Source: Perkinsus olseni
Taxonomy: Eukaryota
Assembly: GCA_013115125.1 (NCBI GenBank)
Contig: JABANN010000260.1
Coordinates: 1 to 46,304, forward strand
Reading direction: 5' to 3'
DNA length: 46,304 nt
Shown one piece after another: positions 10,177 through 21,574 of the stretch. The translations under genes were made by a program, and so were the position numbers. The notes under the pieces were generated by a model that was not told the DNA's origin, searched no databases, and worked only from the letters and a program-made list of their open reading frames with translations. Positions within the stretch are counted from its first letter, which is position 1; every line of letters starts with the position of its first letter.

Positions 10177-12555
10177 ATGGCTAACGAGTCTCCGCTGGTA
10201 GACGGCAGACTAACAGCAGCTTTTTGGATACTCACTGCTTCGGGTTCTAGTCTGTCAATTCATTATAGGCATGAGTCGAGGTCCTTCATCGAGACAAGGG
10301 CAATTGTTAGTGCTCAGCAATGTAAGCATAGACCAGGAATTATGGATGCCACCACTCCCTATGTGAGGGGTTCCTTCGACGATATCATGGAGGTGGATAC
10401 TTTGGCTTACCGAGATGGTACAACGCGGCGACGACATCGACGACAATGGTACAGGTAGCCGCCGTTGACAGCTCGAAGGCCGAGTATTCTTCCAGTCAGT
10501 GGCTTCTACGAGGCGATTGGGCTTGGTGACCTGGCCCGTGCTATACGAGATGAGAGACTCCGGAGATCTGCAGAGTCCTACCAACCAAAGTGAGCACCAT
10601 TGCTATTCTTCATTACCCACGGCAACGATGATGCCACCGCTTTCCGACCCTCAGATACTCTTTGCTTCACCGTGTTGTGAACTCTATGGCTTTCGAGGCC
10701 TTCTTCGGCTGTCTTATTATTGTCAACTGCATATTCATCGGGCTAGCGGCGAACGGTGACCCTCAAGCGGAGTAGAAGCTACCTACTTCTCGATCGCTGC
10801 CGCCTCCTACATCCTGGCCTCAGTTCCGATTATTCAACAGCTGAGCACTGCTTCACTGCGGTCTTCTTCATAGAGTGGATACTTCGAGTGGCCTCTGGAG
10901 GATGGGTCTGGATGTTTGATTGTGGGTTCATCTCTTCATCCACGACTTTGATGATTCTACCCTCCTGCTGCCCCACCATCAGTTTACAACTTCGCCGACT
11001 TCCTACTGGTCTTCGTGACCGGTGTCATCGCTAACTGGTTCCTCGACCCTCTTGGTGTGGACGTTAGCCTTTTGAGGAAGCTCACAGTACTCCGTGCTTT
11101 ACGCTTAGTAGGAAATGTCCAAGAAAAGCTTGGTTAACTGGCCTCTAGGTACGCTTAGCTCGAGCTGTGCGCCTGTTGCCGGTGTTTAAAGAGATGTGGC
11201 TGCTGGTTAAAGGCCTTCTCGACAGCGCTCTCCTCATGCTCTGGACCCTTATCATAGTCACCGTGCTCCTCTTCATGTTCGCCATATGGGGGTATGTCTT
11301 CTCATCATCATCATCACCAGCATTAGCCTCTGCCAATATCTACACACTGTCACCTTCCCTGTCAGTGTTGAGATCATTGGCCGTAATTCCGCTGTAGCTG
11401 CAGATCCGGTCACTGCAGGTTTATTCCCTACTGTGCACCAAGGCATGTTCACTCTATTTCAAGTATCTTTTCATCGGCACATTGCTTGTTGGATCTCTTT
11501 GCAGGTGCTCACCCTGGACACCTGGTCAGACACAGTTGCCCGACCGTTGATGAAGTACCTACCGAGGATAGGCCTTTACTTCGTGGGCTTCATCACGGTT
11601 ATCGTCTTCGTAAGGCATCTACAAGGCATCGACTTGGATTGCTGTCGTCGGTCTTACCCAGGTCCTCATGAATCTTGTCACAGCCGTTGTGGTAGAGAAC
11701 GCCTTGGCTCTCGCACAAAGAGATGAGGAGCAGCAGGCCAAGGTCAAAAAAGCCGCGAAAAGGAAGGTGACTCAGTCCTACGCATGTCTACAGCCTCTGT
11801 GGAACAGCCTGTATATAGGACATCCTAGACCTCAAGGATCTGTTCATGGAGCTGGACACTGATGGGAGTGGGGAGCTGGATATGAAGGAGTTTAACCAGG
11901 CTCTGAGCAATCCTAAAGTCGTCGTGGCCCACCACCGCTGGATGCTGTCCTCCTGTGCCTCCTCAGATTGTTGATAAGATGGCAAGCCTCGGTATCGAGC
12001 GAGAAGATATGCTTGATGTGATGCTTTGGCGTGGTGCATGTCGGCGTGATCCTTTCTTCAGATCTGGGACCTCCTCGATGACGGTGATGGACACCTCACA
12101 ATAGAGGAGTTCACAGGAGGCCTCCGGAAACTCAAAGGGGGGGCTCGCGCTAAAGAGGTACCGCCGACTCGCACCACCATCACACGCTTTCGCTCCTCCT
12201 GGCATTGCCTTGCAGGTGCTAGTCCTCCTCAAACAACTGCGTCAGGCTCTCATCGATAGTGAGCTCAGTCCCCTGCTGATTCTGTGGCTTTGTACGTTGG
12301 CTGCTGCTCATGTTAGCCAATGAGCTATCTGATCAAGTATGGGACCTCTGTGAATCTGTTGGTGGGACGCTGGAGGACTTGGATGATGTCAGACGAGATA
12401 TGGGCACAGCAGCGGCGGCCATCGCCACCCTTCGACGCCACTTTGAGGATATGTACGAGGATGTTGTTACTCCTGCTGTTGAGGCGCCCTGCTCAGGCAA
12501 AGAGTTCAGCTGGAACGTATCGAGAAGAAGGCTGCGATTAGTCATGTCAGAGTGA
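10177..12555 (+). CDS. Single-domain (6TM) voltage-gated cation channel with C-terminal EF-hand pair and coiled coil; multi-exon
   Basis: Spliced translation gives S1 'FEAFFGCLIIVNCIFIGL', S2 'EHCFTAVFFIEWILR', S3 'NFADFLLV', S4 'LRALRLVRLARAVR', pore 'FTLFQVLTLDTW', S6 'LMNLVTAVVVEN', EF-hands 'DTDGSGELDMKE' and 'DDGDGHLTIEE'. Start could instead be the ATG at 10342. Confidence 0.92.
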
Positions 12556-13150
12556 GAGCACCTTAGCACAGCCTTCGGCGTACCTCCCGGTAACGCAGTA
12601 TTGTTATTCCTCTCACTGTCAGACTCATGCTGAGTTCCTACGACCCCAGCCCCCCTCAACTGATCATCGTAGCGGCATGCCTGATAGTAGGTGTGCTCAG
12701 GATAGCTGTGACTATCATCGTTGGCCATTCAGGGTTCTCACAGCCGAGAGCCTCCAGCATAACTGTCATGCCACATACATCGGCCCTTGCCGCTCAGACC
12801 CGTCATTCACCGCCCCGCCGTATGTCGCATTAAATGTACATTCCTTGATGTCAGCCTCCCCTCCCTTCGGTATTCCTGAGTTTGTTTTATCAATCTCACC
12901 AGTATCTCTGAGCAGTTTCATTCATCTAAAGCCCTCGCCGCTGGTCTAACAGCAGCAGTATCTATCGCCTCCACTAACCTCATCATCGTCCATCGTCCTC
13001 GAACGTCATCGTTGTCGTCATCTATCGACTATCTACTCCAGTAAACTATGCTCAGAGAATTATCCTCCTTGCCGATAACTAGTACTGCCGATACTTCACC
13101 TTCATCGTCATGATCATGCTACGGGCCATTCAGATGATGAACTCCAGCCT

Positions 13151-16100
13151 ATGACATCGTTGGAGACGGGCATGGAGGCTGCTGTTGCTGCCAGCTCCTT
13201 AGCACCCGATGGTCCGGGCGTCCCTGTGAGTTTCCACATCTTCTCGATCAGATTACCGCTTGTCTTCTCATCCTCAGGTACGAATTAAGTACGACAAACC
13301 ATCGTTTCTACCCATCATTCGACGAGTCCTCATTCTGGCCGCCGCGTTCAGTCTATGCCTGTTCCTTGCTGCTACTTGGTAAGCTACTCCGGACGCTTGC
13401 CATAACGTATCATTTATTACAGGTTCGCAGAGGGAGTGTCTTGGATCTATGATTCTAACCTCGATACTTGGCCTATTATTGACTGCCCTGGCTTCATCAT
13501 CAATACAAGAGACTCCCACATGGATGGCCCGAGGTAAGACTCTCTATCGCCGTCATGCATCATCATCATCTTGCTGAGTAGGTGCTCAACCAGTATCGCC
13601 TACGCTGACAGCTTAGCCCGTTACATTGCTAGCATCGGCCTCACGCCCACTGATGGCCGTCCTGATGAGTACAAGGGTAAATGTATCATACCCGATGATT
13701 TCGAGGATGACATTGTCTGCTATAATAGAAGACCTTGCGACCACACATGTAGTTGACACACTACCTTCTGCATCTCAGCGCGATAATTCTTTCAGGCTCT
13801 ACCTTTCCGATCTCTGGCAGATGCCCAGACCCCGATACACTGCCCTACGTAGAGACTGTCTCTATCTACAAGCAGGTGCTGCTGCTGCTCATATGAGCAA
13901 CATAATAGTTTCCCGTTGCTGGTCATTGGTGCTGCTGCTGCTGTCAGGATCAGTGTATGGTTATACTTGGTGACAACCCTCTCCCGATGCCTCTCTTGAT
14001 ACCTTGTAAAGAGGTCTCTATAGGCTCGTACTGTGACTCCTCCTTCAAGGTCACTCCATCAAATATGACAGCAATAAGAGGTCAGCATCACTCTTGTCAT
14101 TCTTCTATCGCGGCACCCTCAGGCCTCATCCTCGGAGCGTGCGTTATTCTGCTCGTATGGTTCATCGGTGAGATCATCCTTCGTAGTGTTGATATCAGAC
14201 TACGTAAGGAGCGTGCGGAGGTGAGTGGCTTCATGCTCATCATCAACCTCCTCCTCATCGCCGTCGTCATGTTCAGGGCATGGCACGGCAGGCTGTCGTA
14301 CTGCCAGCTAAGAAGCAAGAATTGCGCATGCGGTTGGAGGAAGGCTGGGCAGTCGAAGCTAGTATCGCTGTGAGACCCCACCCTTTACCCCCACCAATCA
14401 TGCACTTGCTACGTCACCATCCTGTTAGGGCAGCGATCAAGCGAGCACAAGGGCCGGCTCAGAGGCTTCAATAGCCGGATAGTGAGTCATGCTCCCTCCG
14501 CGATTATTATGACTCTCCTCGCTCAGCACGAACTCGGTGTATGGGGCACGATACCCTGACCATCCGCAACAACAGTTCATACCACCACTGAGTGCCCATC
14601 ATCAGTACATGTCGCCCCCAACTACTATCGATAGAAATATCGCAGAATCCTATCGTTACTCAACTCCATCAGCAGGGGTTGGGTATTCTCCTAGAAGTGA
14701 GTATCTACCAGCAGCTCTACCACCACAACGACCCTTGCAACAGGTCATTCGATGCCTGGTACAAGTTCCTATGGCTCCGCTGCTTATCACGCATCGGCCT
14801 TTGGAGGGATAGGCTCAACCTCGAGGATATCCAAGAGTCAAATGGAATCACGAGATCCGAGGAAGAGGTAGTCGTGACAGGTGCCTTGTGATGATAGTCT
14901 TGGATGATCTTAGGTTCGAGTCCTGTGCATGGCGTCGTCGACTAAGGCAATGGAAGGAGTTGCAGAGCAAGAAGCAGGGCTCATTCTCCAGCAGACAGCT
15001 CATGAGAACAGTTATACTAAATACCTTCTACATCGCAGTAAGTTGTACCACTACTCCCATCAGCAGCAGCTCACCCTCTCTCGGCCTATTGTTGCTCTTA
15101 TTTATACTTAAGATACTAGTCTGCACTATGTACCTTATCATTTACATGTCACCGCAGAACAGTACTGGAGGAGCAGATGCCCTCGAAGTCCTGGAGGGTG
15201 AGTTCTGCTGCATTCATCCTCTCCCTCGTCTTAGTGTATGTCAGGCAACGTATCGATCTGGGAAGTCCATACCTGGCTGGATCTCATCATCTTCATTGAT
15301 GTCCTCCTTGACACTGGTCTATTCCTTGCTGCTGCTATTACTGTTAAATGGCCTCGAGCCCCAGTATTCAGCCGTCATCTACAAGTAAGCCAACTCTCAG
15401 TTGTCTACTCCTGGCATCATAATAATGATCATCCCAGGGTGCTCTGGAGACCGTTGCTAGACAGACTGAACAGGGCATCGACGGCGGCCTGGGTGGTGAT
15501 GATGAATCGTCGGAGAGTAAGACCGTAGTGTTGCTGGTGGCGGAGCTACCGTCAAGCATGGCAGGTTCTTTATCTTCATCATCTCCTCTGGATTCCGAAG
15601 ACAGTGGCTCACTTTCTGGCAGCAGCACTAGTACCGATACACGGAGTCTCTCCTTCGTAAGTGAATAATAGCCAGCTCACGTTGCCACCGACCACCAGCA
15701 GGTATTGAAGCAGTCCCTCACACACGACTGTTGCCTCCTGATAGCCTGTCATGAATCTACTATGACCAGAGAACGATATGAGCTATTCTCCGGAACTTTA
15801 AGGGCTGCTCTCATGGTGAGATTGTACTGGAGCAGTTGCCCAATGTCACTCGTTGTTGATAGGTATTCCCTCCATCTCACATATTCGTCTGCGACAACGG
15901 AAACAGCCCAGCCCCAGTAGACGATACGCAGATGGCTACCATAGAGGCTCATCCTGACATCAACTACATGTACACTAATACCGGACTCATCGCAGCGCAC
16001 TCCGTTACTTGAATTTTTTCTCAGTTATGTGCCGGAGGGTAACAAAACATTCGCCTTCTATTGGTGCAACAAGTTTTGGATACCGTTTCTGGCCAGGCAT

Positions 16101-17815
16101 TCGAAGGTGCCCGATTTCAAGTAATATACCCGTGCAGGTTCTTCGCCGTAGCCTCCGTTGTCGTATCTTCAGATACGCGGTCATTATTGACGATGATGTC
16201 CCACTACCTGCGGACTTGCATATACCGCATGAGCATCTGCGCAACCATCCAGATATCAAAGCGGTAAGTGAATCGGACCACAATCACCCGGCCAGCGCAG
16301 TACAGGTCCACTTCCCCATTACCGCCGCCTCTCCGGATGGTACGAGGAGGAATATGCTTGTTAAGTGCCAGGATGTCGAGTACAAGCTGGCCGCTGTGCA
16401 CAAACTCTTTCAGTCAGCGCTCAATCCTACAGCTCCTCCAGTAGTAGATTGTCTGTTGCTTAGGTCGACACTGTCACGTTGCCTATCATGTCATGGTGCC
16501 ATTGCACTTTGGGAACGTCGTGCTTTAGAGATGATTCTCTATGAACATGACACTGTATTCCACGGGGAGGATATGTAGACGTTGCCTCCAGCGTGACCGC
16601 GTCTTCTACATATGTCACAGGTATATGGGTCTGTGCTTATTGCATCGACGTGATGATTCAAAGATCATCTCCTGTGCTCAGTCCATTGTCCCAACGTAAG
16701 GCAGGACTACAACCGGAAGAGTATCGCTTTGTGCATCTCACAGGTATGCCCCTGATTCCTTCCCTATGCTCTTCCGTCAACGAGTAAAGAGCTGGGAGCT
16801 CACCAGTCATCGAAAGACATTCACTTACATCAAGTACGGTTCTGTCAGCAGCACAGGTGGCTGACCTAGCTCTGTTCTTCTGTAGGGAAGTGCTCTCTCC
16901 TTCATCATTCTGTCATGCGGCATCGTTGATACTCAAGCCCTACTTCCTTCAAGAAGTCCTCACCATCCTGTTGGACTGGCTAAGAACGTTTTTATTAACT
17001 GGTACCATCACTGGCGTTAATGCATTAGAACTGCCCATAACCCCTCAGGCCTACTCCTCCGTGACTGGATTGGCCTCCTGCTTATGACATCAGTGTTTAC
17101 TTGTCTTTTGTGAGTCCTTCGTGCCACAGCTGTTGGCATCAGGTTGGGCCATTTGTTGTTCGCTCTCTTGTGTAGGTATATTCAAATCATCATCTTCCAA
17201 TTAGTTGTCCTACGTCAGCGGAAGGAGCTTCGTAGTTCACTCATCACAATCATATTCTTCCCTTGGTAGTGATGCATGCATCGTTTCTACTATCATTGAG
17301 TGCCCCGACCCAGGTACCGGCTCATGGGGCTCATGTTCCGCTTGTGTGCACTTTGCCAGAACCTACTGGTCTACAGTCACGACAGGACTTTCCTCAAGAT
17401 CGGTGAATATTGCTAGCTTCGTCATTCGCCTGGTACCCGGTCATTTTAGGTCAGCGTGAGGACGAAATTCGTGACATACCGCCGTGCCCCCCTCACCCTG
17501 ATGTCGACTGGTTCTCCATCTGGATTGAGGATGATTTACCCACTTCCACTCCGCCGTCAGCAGACAAGAAGGTAAACAAACACTGTACCATGCGGTTGTA
17601 GTCATACGCAACTCACCTGCTTTCATCTTTCAGCAGCGCAAGCGGAGGAGTAAAGTGAAAGACCCAAGGGAACCTGGTGACTCCGTTAGGTATGTTACGA
17701 CCTCTTTCCCAGGGCAAACCCATTACCTGCGTGCCTAATTTTCAGGTCCGTGGGAATGTATAACAGCCCGTCCATCCCTGTTGGGGTACAACAGCAACAA
17801 CTCTACTACAGCTAG
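13151..17815 (+). CDS. Membrane-embedded processive GT2 glycosyltransferase (chitin/hyaluronan/cellulose-synthase-like superfamily) with N-terminal Cys-rich ectodomain; >20 introns
   Basis: One frame is maintained through canonical GT-AG introns from ATG 13151 to TAG 17813-17815. Motifs 'VCDNG', 'EGNKTFA', 'IIDDD', 'CHGAIALW', 'GEDM' (16564-16574 plus next exon), 'FRQRVKSW' (16772-16795), flanked by several hydrophobic helices. Confidence 0.9.
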
Positions 17816-18420
17816 GTCGTATCGCCCTAACGGTGTGTGTGCCACCGATGTCGTGTATATCTCGCTCGAGCGCGTTGCTACCGACCGAGCGAGGTCACGA
17901 AACTTCAATCGATTCTTCCAATTCATATGATGATTTTTATTGTTTTTATGGCGGATTCGGCCCAGAAGTGTTGCATGCTTCGTAAGACGAGGAACAATTG
18001 TGTTGGGTTTGTAGTGTGACGACGGGAGGGGATATCCAGCACCACGATCAATCTATTCTTGGACTATCACGTGAAGTTTCACATGAATACGCCGCATTTC
18101 ACGGGTGGTTTGGTCGCGATATTTAATGAGGATTGGTAGAGGTTGATGACGTTGAAACCCGTGGTCTCTTCTCATTTCACTAGTTTACCAATATTCTATT
18201 AGCGGTAGGAGAGCAACTTCGTCACAGCAGTCACGAGGGGTGCATGCTTCCCCAATGCTTCTAGGAGGTATTTCAAGACAGGTTTCATCACGATCATCAG
18301 CCGCGCGCGATACGTGTCCAACCCTTCAAGGCAGCCAGGGACTCCGCAACGCGAACATCGTTGGTCATAACACAGCCCAGAATAGAGGATGTGCGTCAAG
18401 ATTGGGGAATAACTCCACTT

Positions 18421-19703
18421 TCACTTCTTTTTGTCTAACACGTCTCTCGTCTTCATCTGGTATGTACCTAGCGAGGGACAGCCTCAGGGAGAACCGTCTG
18501 AGAAGCTCCCTACCATGTAGATAGTCGAGGATGCCGAGCACGCCGTAGTTGCAGTTAAAACGCTCATGGTGTAGGTCATGCATCTCGGCGTTCATGACCT
18601 GATAACTCGTAGTGAACAGAAGATAGTGCGTCGGCCATTACAGAACTGAAACTGTATCCCGAGTGAGACACCAATGTGTTGATGTAAGCAAGTGTTTGCC
18701 AGAGGATGAAGGTTAGTATCTGTTACATCACGTAGAGGAGTATTTGGACTCGGAGCTGTACGTGAGACTGCATCAATATCGGTCCGGCCAGTATAGGTGT
18801 AACGTTAACCAGCAAGTGCTCCAACGGATGGGTGTATATAGCTTGGAAGGGGACGGGCGCTGTGAATCTGCTTGACCGAGGGGTCAGCAGTCATACTTGT
18901 TGTTATACCTACCTATGATGAAGTTTGTGCACTGCTTTGTAGGCTGCCTTCCATTCATGGAACATCCGATGGAAATAATAGAACATAATTTCCTCTATGA
19001 GGAGGAATACGATGAAGTCCCGACACACGGTCTGATATTGCGGCAGCTCCCCGAATATGACATCTGAGTAAGCTAGTTGACGGACTACTCCGAAGGGACC
19101 GCAGAAGACTCACTGTCACTCGTGAGATGCATCAGCGCCAAGTATCTGGTCACGAAGTTGCCAACATGAATAGTACTATGTGTTTATTACGCATAGGCGT
19201 TGCCGATGAACCATGCTATGAGAATGACAGGCATTCCGGCAAAGACCGACGGATGCCCCTTCTTAAGTTGCAGCTTCCCTTTGTCCCAGTGCAGGACCTG
19301 CTCGACGTCATTGACGGAGCACTGCAGAGGGGTAATAACTCACTGTCGGCAGTGATAACAGTAGTCCCACTCCAAAAAAGATTAGATGACCCCAAGGACC
19401 GAGCAGGGCAACGAGCGCTTCACTCTTAGTCCATGTGCCACTTTCAACGAACGTCCTGGTGTACCACGGAAAGACGGCTCTGAGAGAGGCACCACGTAAA
19501 TGATAGTAAAGGGAAAGGCGGTATCGAACCTCTCTGCGATATGCACAACAAGCTTGAGTGAAAAGAGGAATATGGCAACGTGCGACAAATTGTATCCAAC
19601 CTTCGATCGTATCTAACAAAGAGCGGATCGGACATCTCGTGAACTTGCATGTGGCATCTCTCACCAGCGAAGGCGAAGAGGATGTCGTTACTATTGTAGT
19701 CAT
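18421..19703 (-). CDS. Fatty acid hydroxylase / sterol desaturase superfamily protein, paralog 1 (FAXDC2/C4-methyl-oxidase-like)
   Basis: His boxes 'FYYFHRMFH', 'HKLHH', 'HPLEH', 'SHSGY', 'HDLHHERFNCNYG' after splicing; stop TGA at 18421-18423. Confidence 0.9.
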
Positions 19704-19866
19704 GAGGGTGAAAAGTACTGAAAGGTGAGCGATGTGTATGTACTCTGACCGTATATTGATAGCACGCAAGACGTTGGCGAATTACAGAGGATCAGAAATA
19801 ATGCTGCATGAGCAAGGTCTACGTAAACAACATCAAAAAATTGACATAACAGAGACTGAATCCCAT

Positions 19867-21352
19867 TCAATGAGCTTTCCTTTTGATCTCTTTATCGCTC
19901 AAGTGTCCACTCGATAAAGACTCGTCTACCTTGACTTCATAGGTGCCTGGCACGACATGTGAATACATAGAGATAGAGATACCATGCATTGTATTTACCA
20001 TGCAAGTAGTCCATGAGACCGATCTCTCCGTAGTTGCAGTTGAACCTTTCATGGTGCAGGTCGTGTAAGGCCGAGTTGAACGACTGAGACATGGAGGGAT
20101 GGCCATCGATAACCCAAGATGATGATCACCTGTAAGTACTTATAGCCTGAATGGGCCACCAGCGTGCTGAGAAGGGCACTCTGCAACCAGAAGCCCGTGA
20201 ACAGCACCTATAGAAGGGAATTGGGCGAAGAGGCTCTCACTAAAGATACACTACATGAGTCTTCAAGAGCAATGGGCCGGCGATTAGAGGGAGTACGTTA
20301 GAGAACACATGCTCGACAGGATGGGCATAAGTCGATTGGAATGGCACAGGATTGGTGAACCTGAAGGCATGATGATGAGGGGACCGACAAAATGGGAAAG
20401 TTAGGACCTGTGATGGATCTTATGGATATGCTTATAAAGTACTTTAACATGGAAGAGTCGATGGACGTAGTAGAATGCTATCTCCGTGATGATGATGCAG
20501 GCGAACATCTGCCAGACTACTTCACCGCTGCTGGGGAGACGTTCGATGAAACCTGATGATGTGGGTATCTCGCGATAAAGCCAATCCCGTTCTTACTTCC
20601 TCGATCCATTATTCGGCTGATCGCTGAGTAACTGCAAAACAGACTATGGCCCAAGGCGAGGGGGGCCCTGGAAATGCTGGTTACCTGAGGATGTTGGCTA
20701 TTATCCAGTTGATAAGAACTCTGCCGAATCCAGCGAAGATGGAAAGAAAGGGCTTATTCTTCTGATGACGGCCCATCTGCACGTGTAGGACCTGCAAGGT
20801 GGTTCTACCTCATATCAAGTTCGTGTAAGTAACTCACTGTTGGTAATGATATAACTAGCCCCATCCCGAAATAGGAGATAATAGACCATGGAGCAAGAAT
20901 GAGGAAGAGGCATTCATCCATTCCCCAACCACCATCAATGACCCTCTCTTTGAATACGGGATAGACGTACCTGCGAAGGCATGCATACAGGGTCTTTCTC
21001 CACCAGTACCGTTACAATCCCAACTTACACTTCAGCACATTGATGAACAAATCTAACAGCGAACACCGCGATTATGAGATGTGATAGATTATACCCGACA
21101 GTACTACGAATCTGAAAGAAGATAAAAGGTGGCCGCCGCAATCGACTCCTCTGTTGAACGAATCTTGCGCTGACATGCGTATACGTCACGGAGTGCCCCC
21201 CCGGCCCACCATACCAGCCGGCTGGAGGGCTCCCGTGTCGTCTTTCTAGGGTCCAATACCATTGGCCGGTCGTGACGATGATGGAGACCACGTGCGGGCT
21301 TTGTAAATTGATCGAGGGTAAAATCCGACAACCGAAAGGCCGCAGGTTCCAT
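19867..21352 (-). CDS. Fatty acid hydroxylase / sterol desaturase superfamily protein, paralog 2
   Basis: 'FYYVHRLFH', 'HKIHH', 'HPVEH', 'AHSGY', 'HDLHHERFNCNYG'; N-terminal exon 'IRSTVGYNLSH' matches 'IRSKVGYNLSH' of paralog 1. Confidence 0.9.
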
Positions 21353-21574
21353 TCGAAGCGAGAGCTTTTTTAAGTGTAAATTTTCACGCTCTGAGTTCAG
21401 TGTGAGTCAGCTGGTGCATGCTTATGCGCGCCCCATTCAGCTCTTCCTGCTCATCCCAGTGAGAGGGAGAATGTTACTCGAGAAGGATAGAATTGTAAAC
21501 AGTTGACCTGCCTGTTAGTAGTTTGATAGGAACTGGGACTACTGTTCTCCTGGTTCGCCTTTCCTGCCCATTGA

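Noticed and set aside
12627-12949. Short ORFs between the channel and GT2 genes
   Set aside because: No motifs or convincing splice chain; probably UTR or intergenic.
17815-18420. ATGATGA (box C-like) in the convergent intergenic gap, suggesting a snoRNA
   Set aside because: No suitably placed box D (CTGA) or terminal stem was found.
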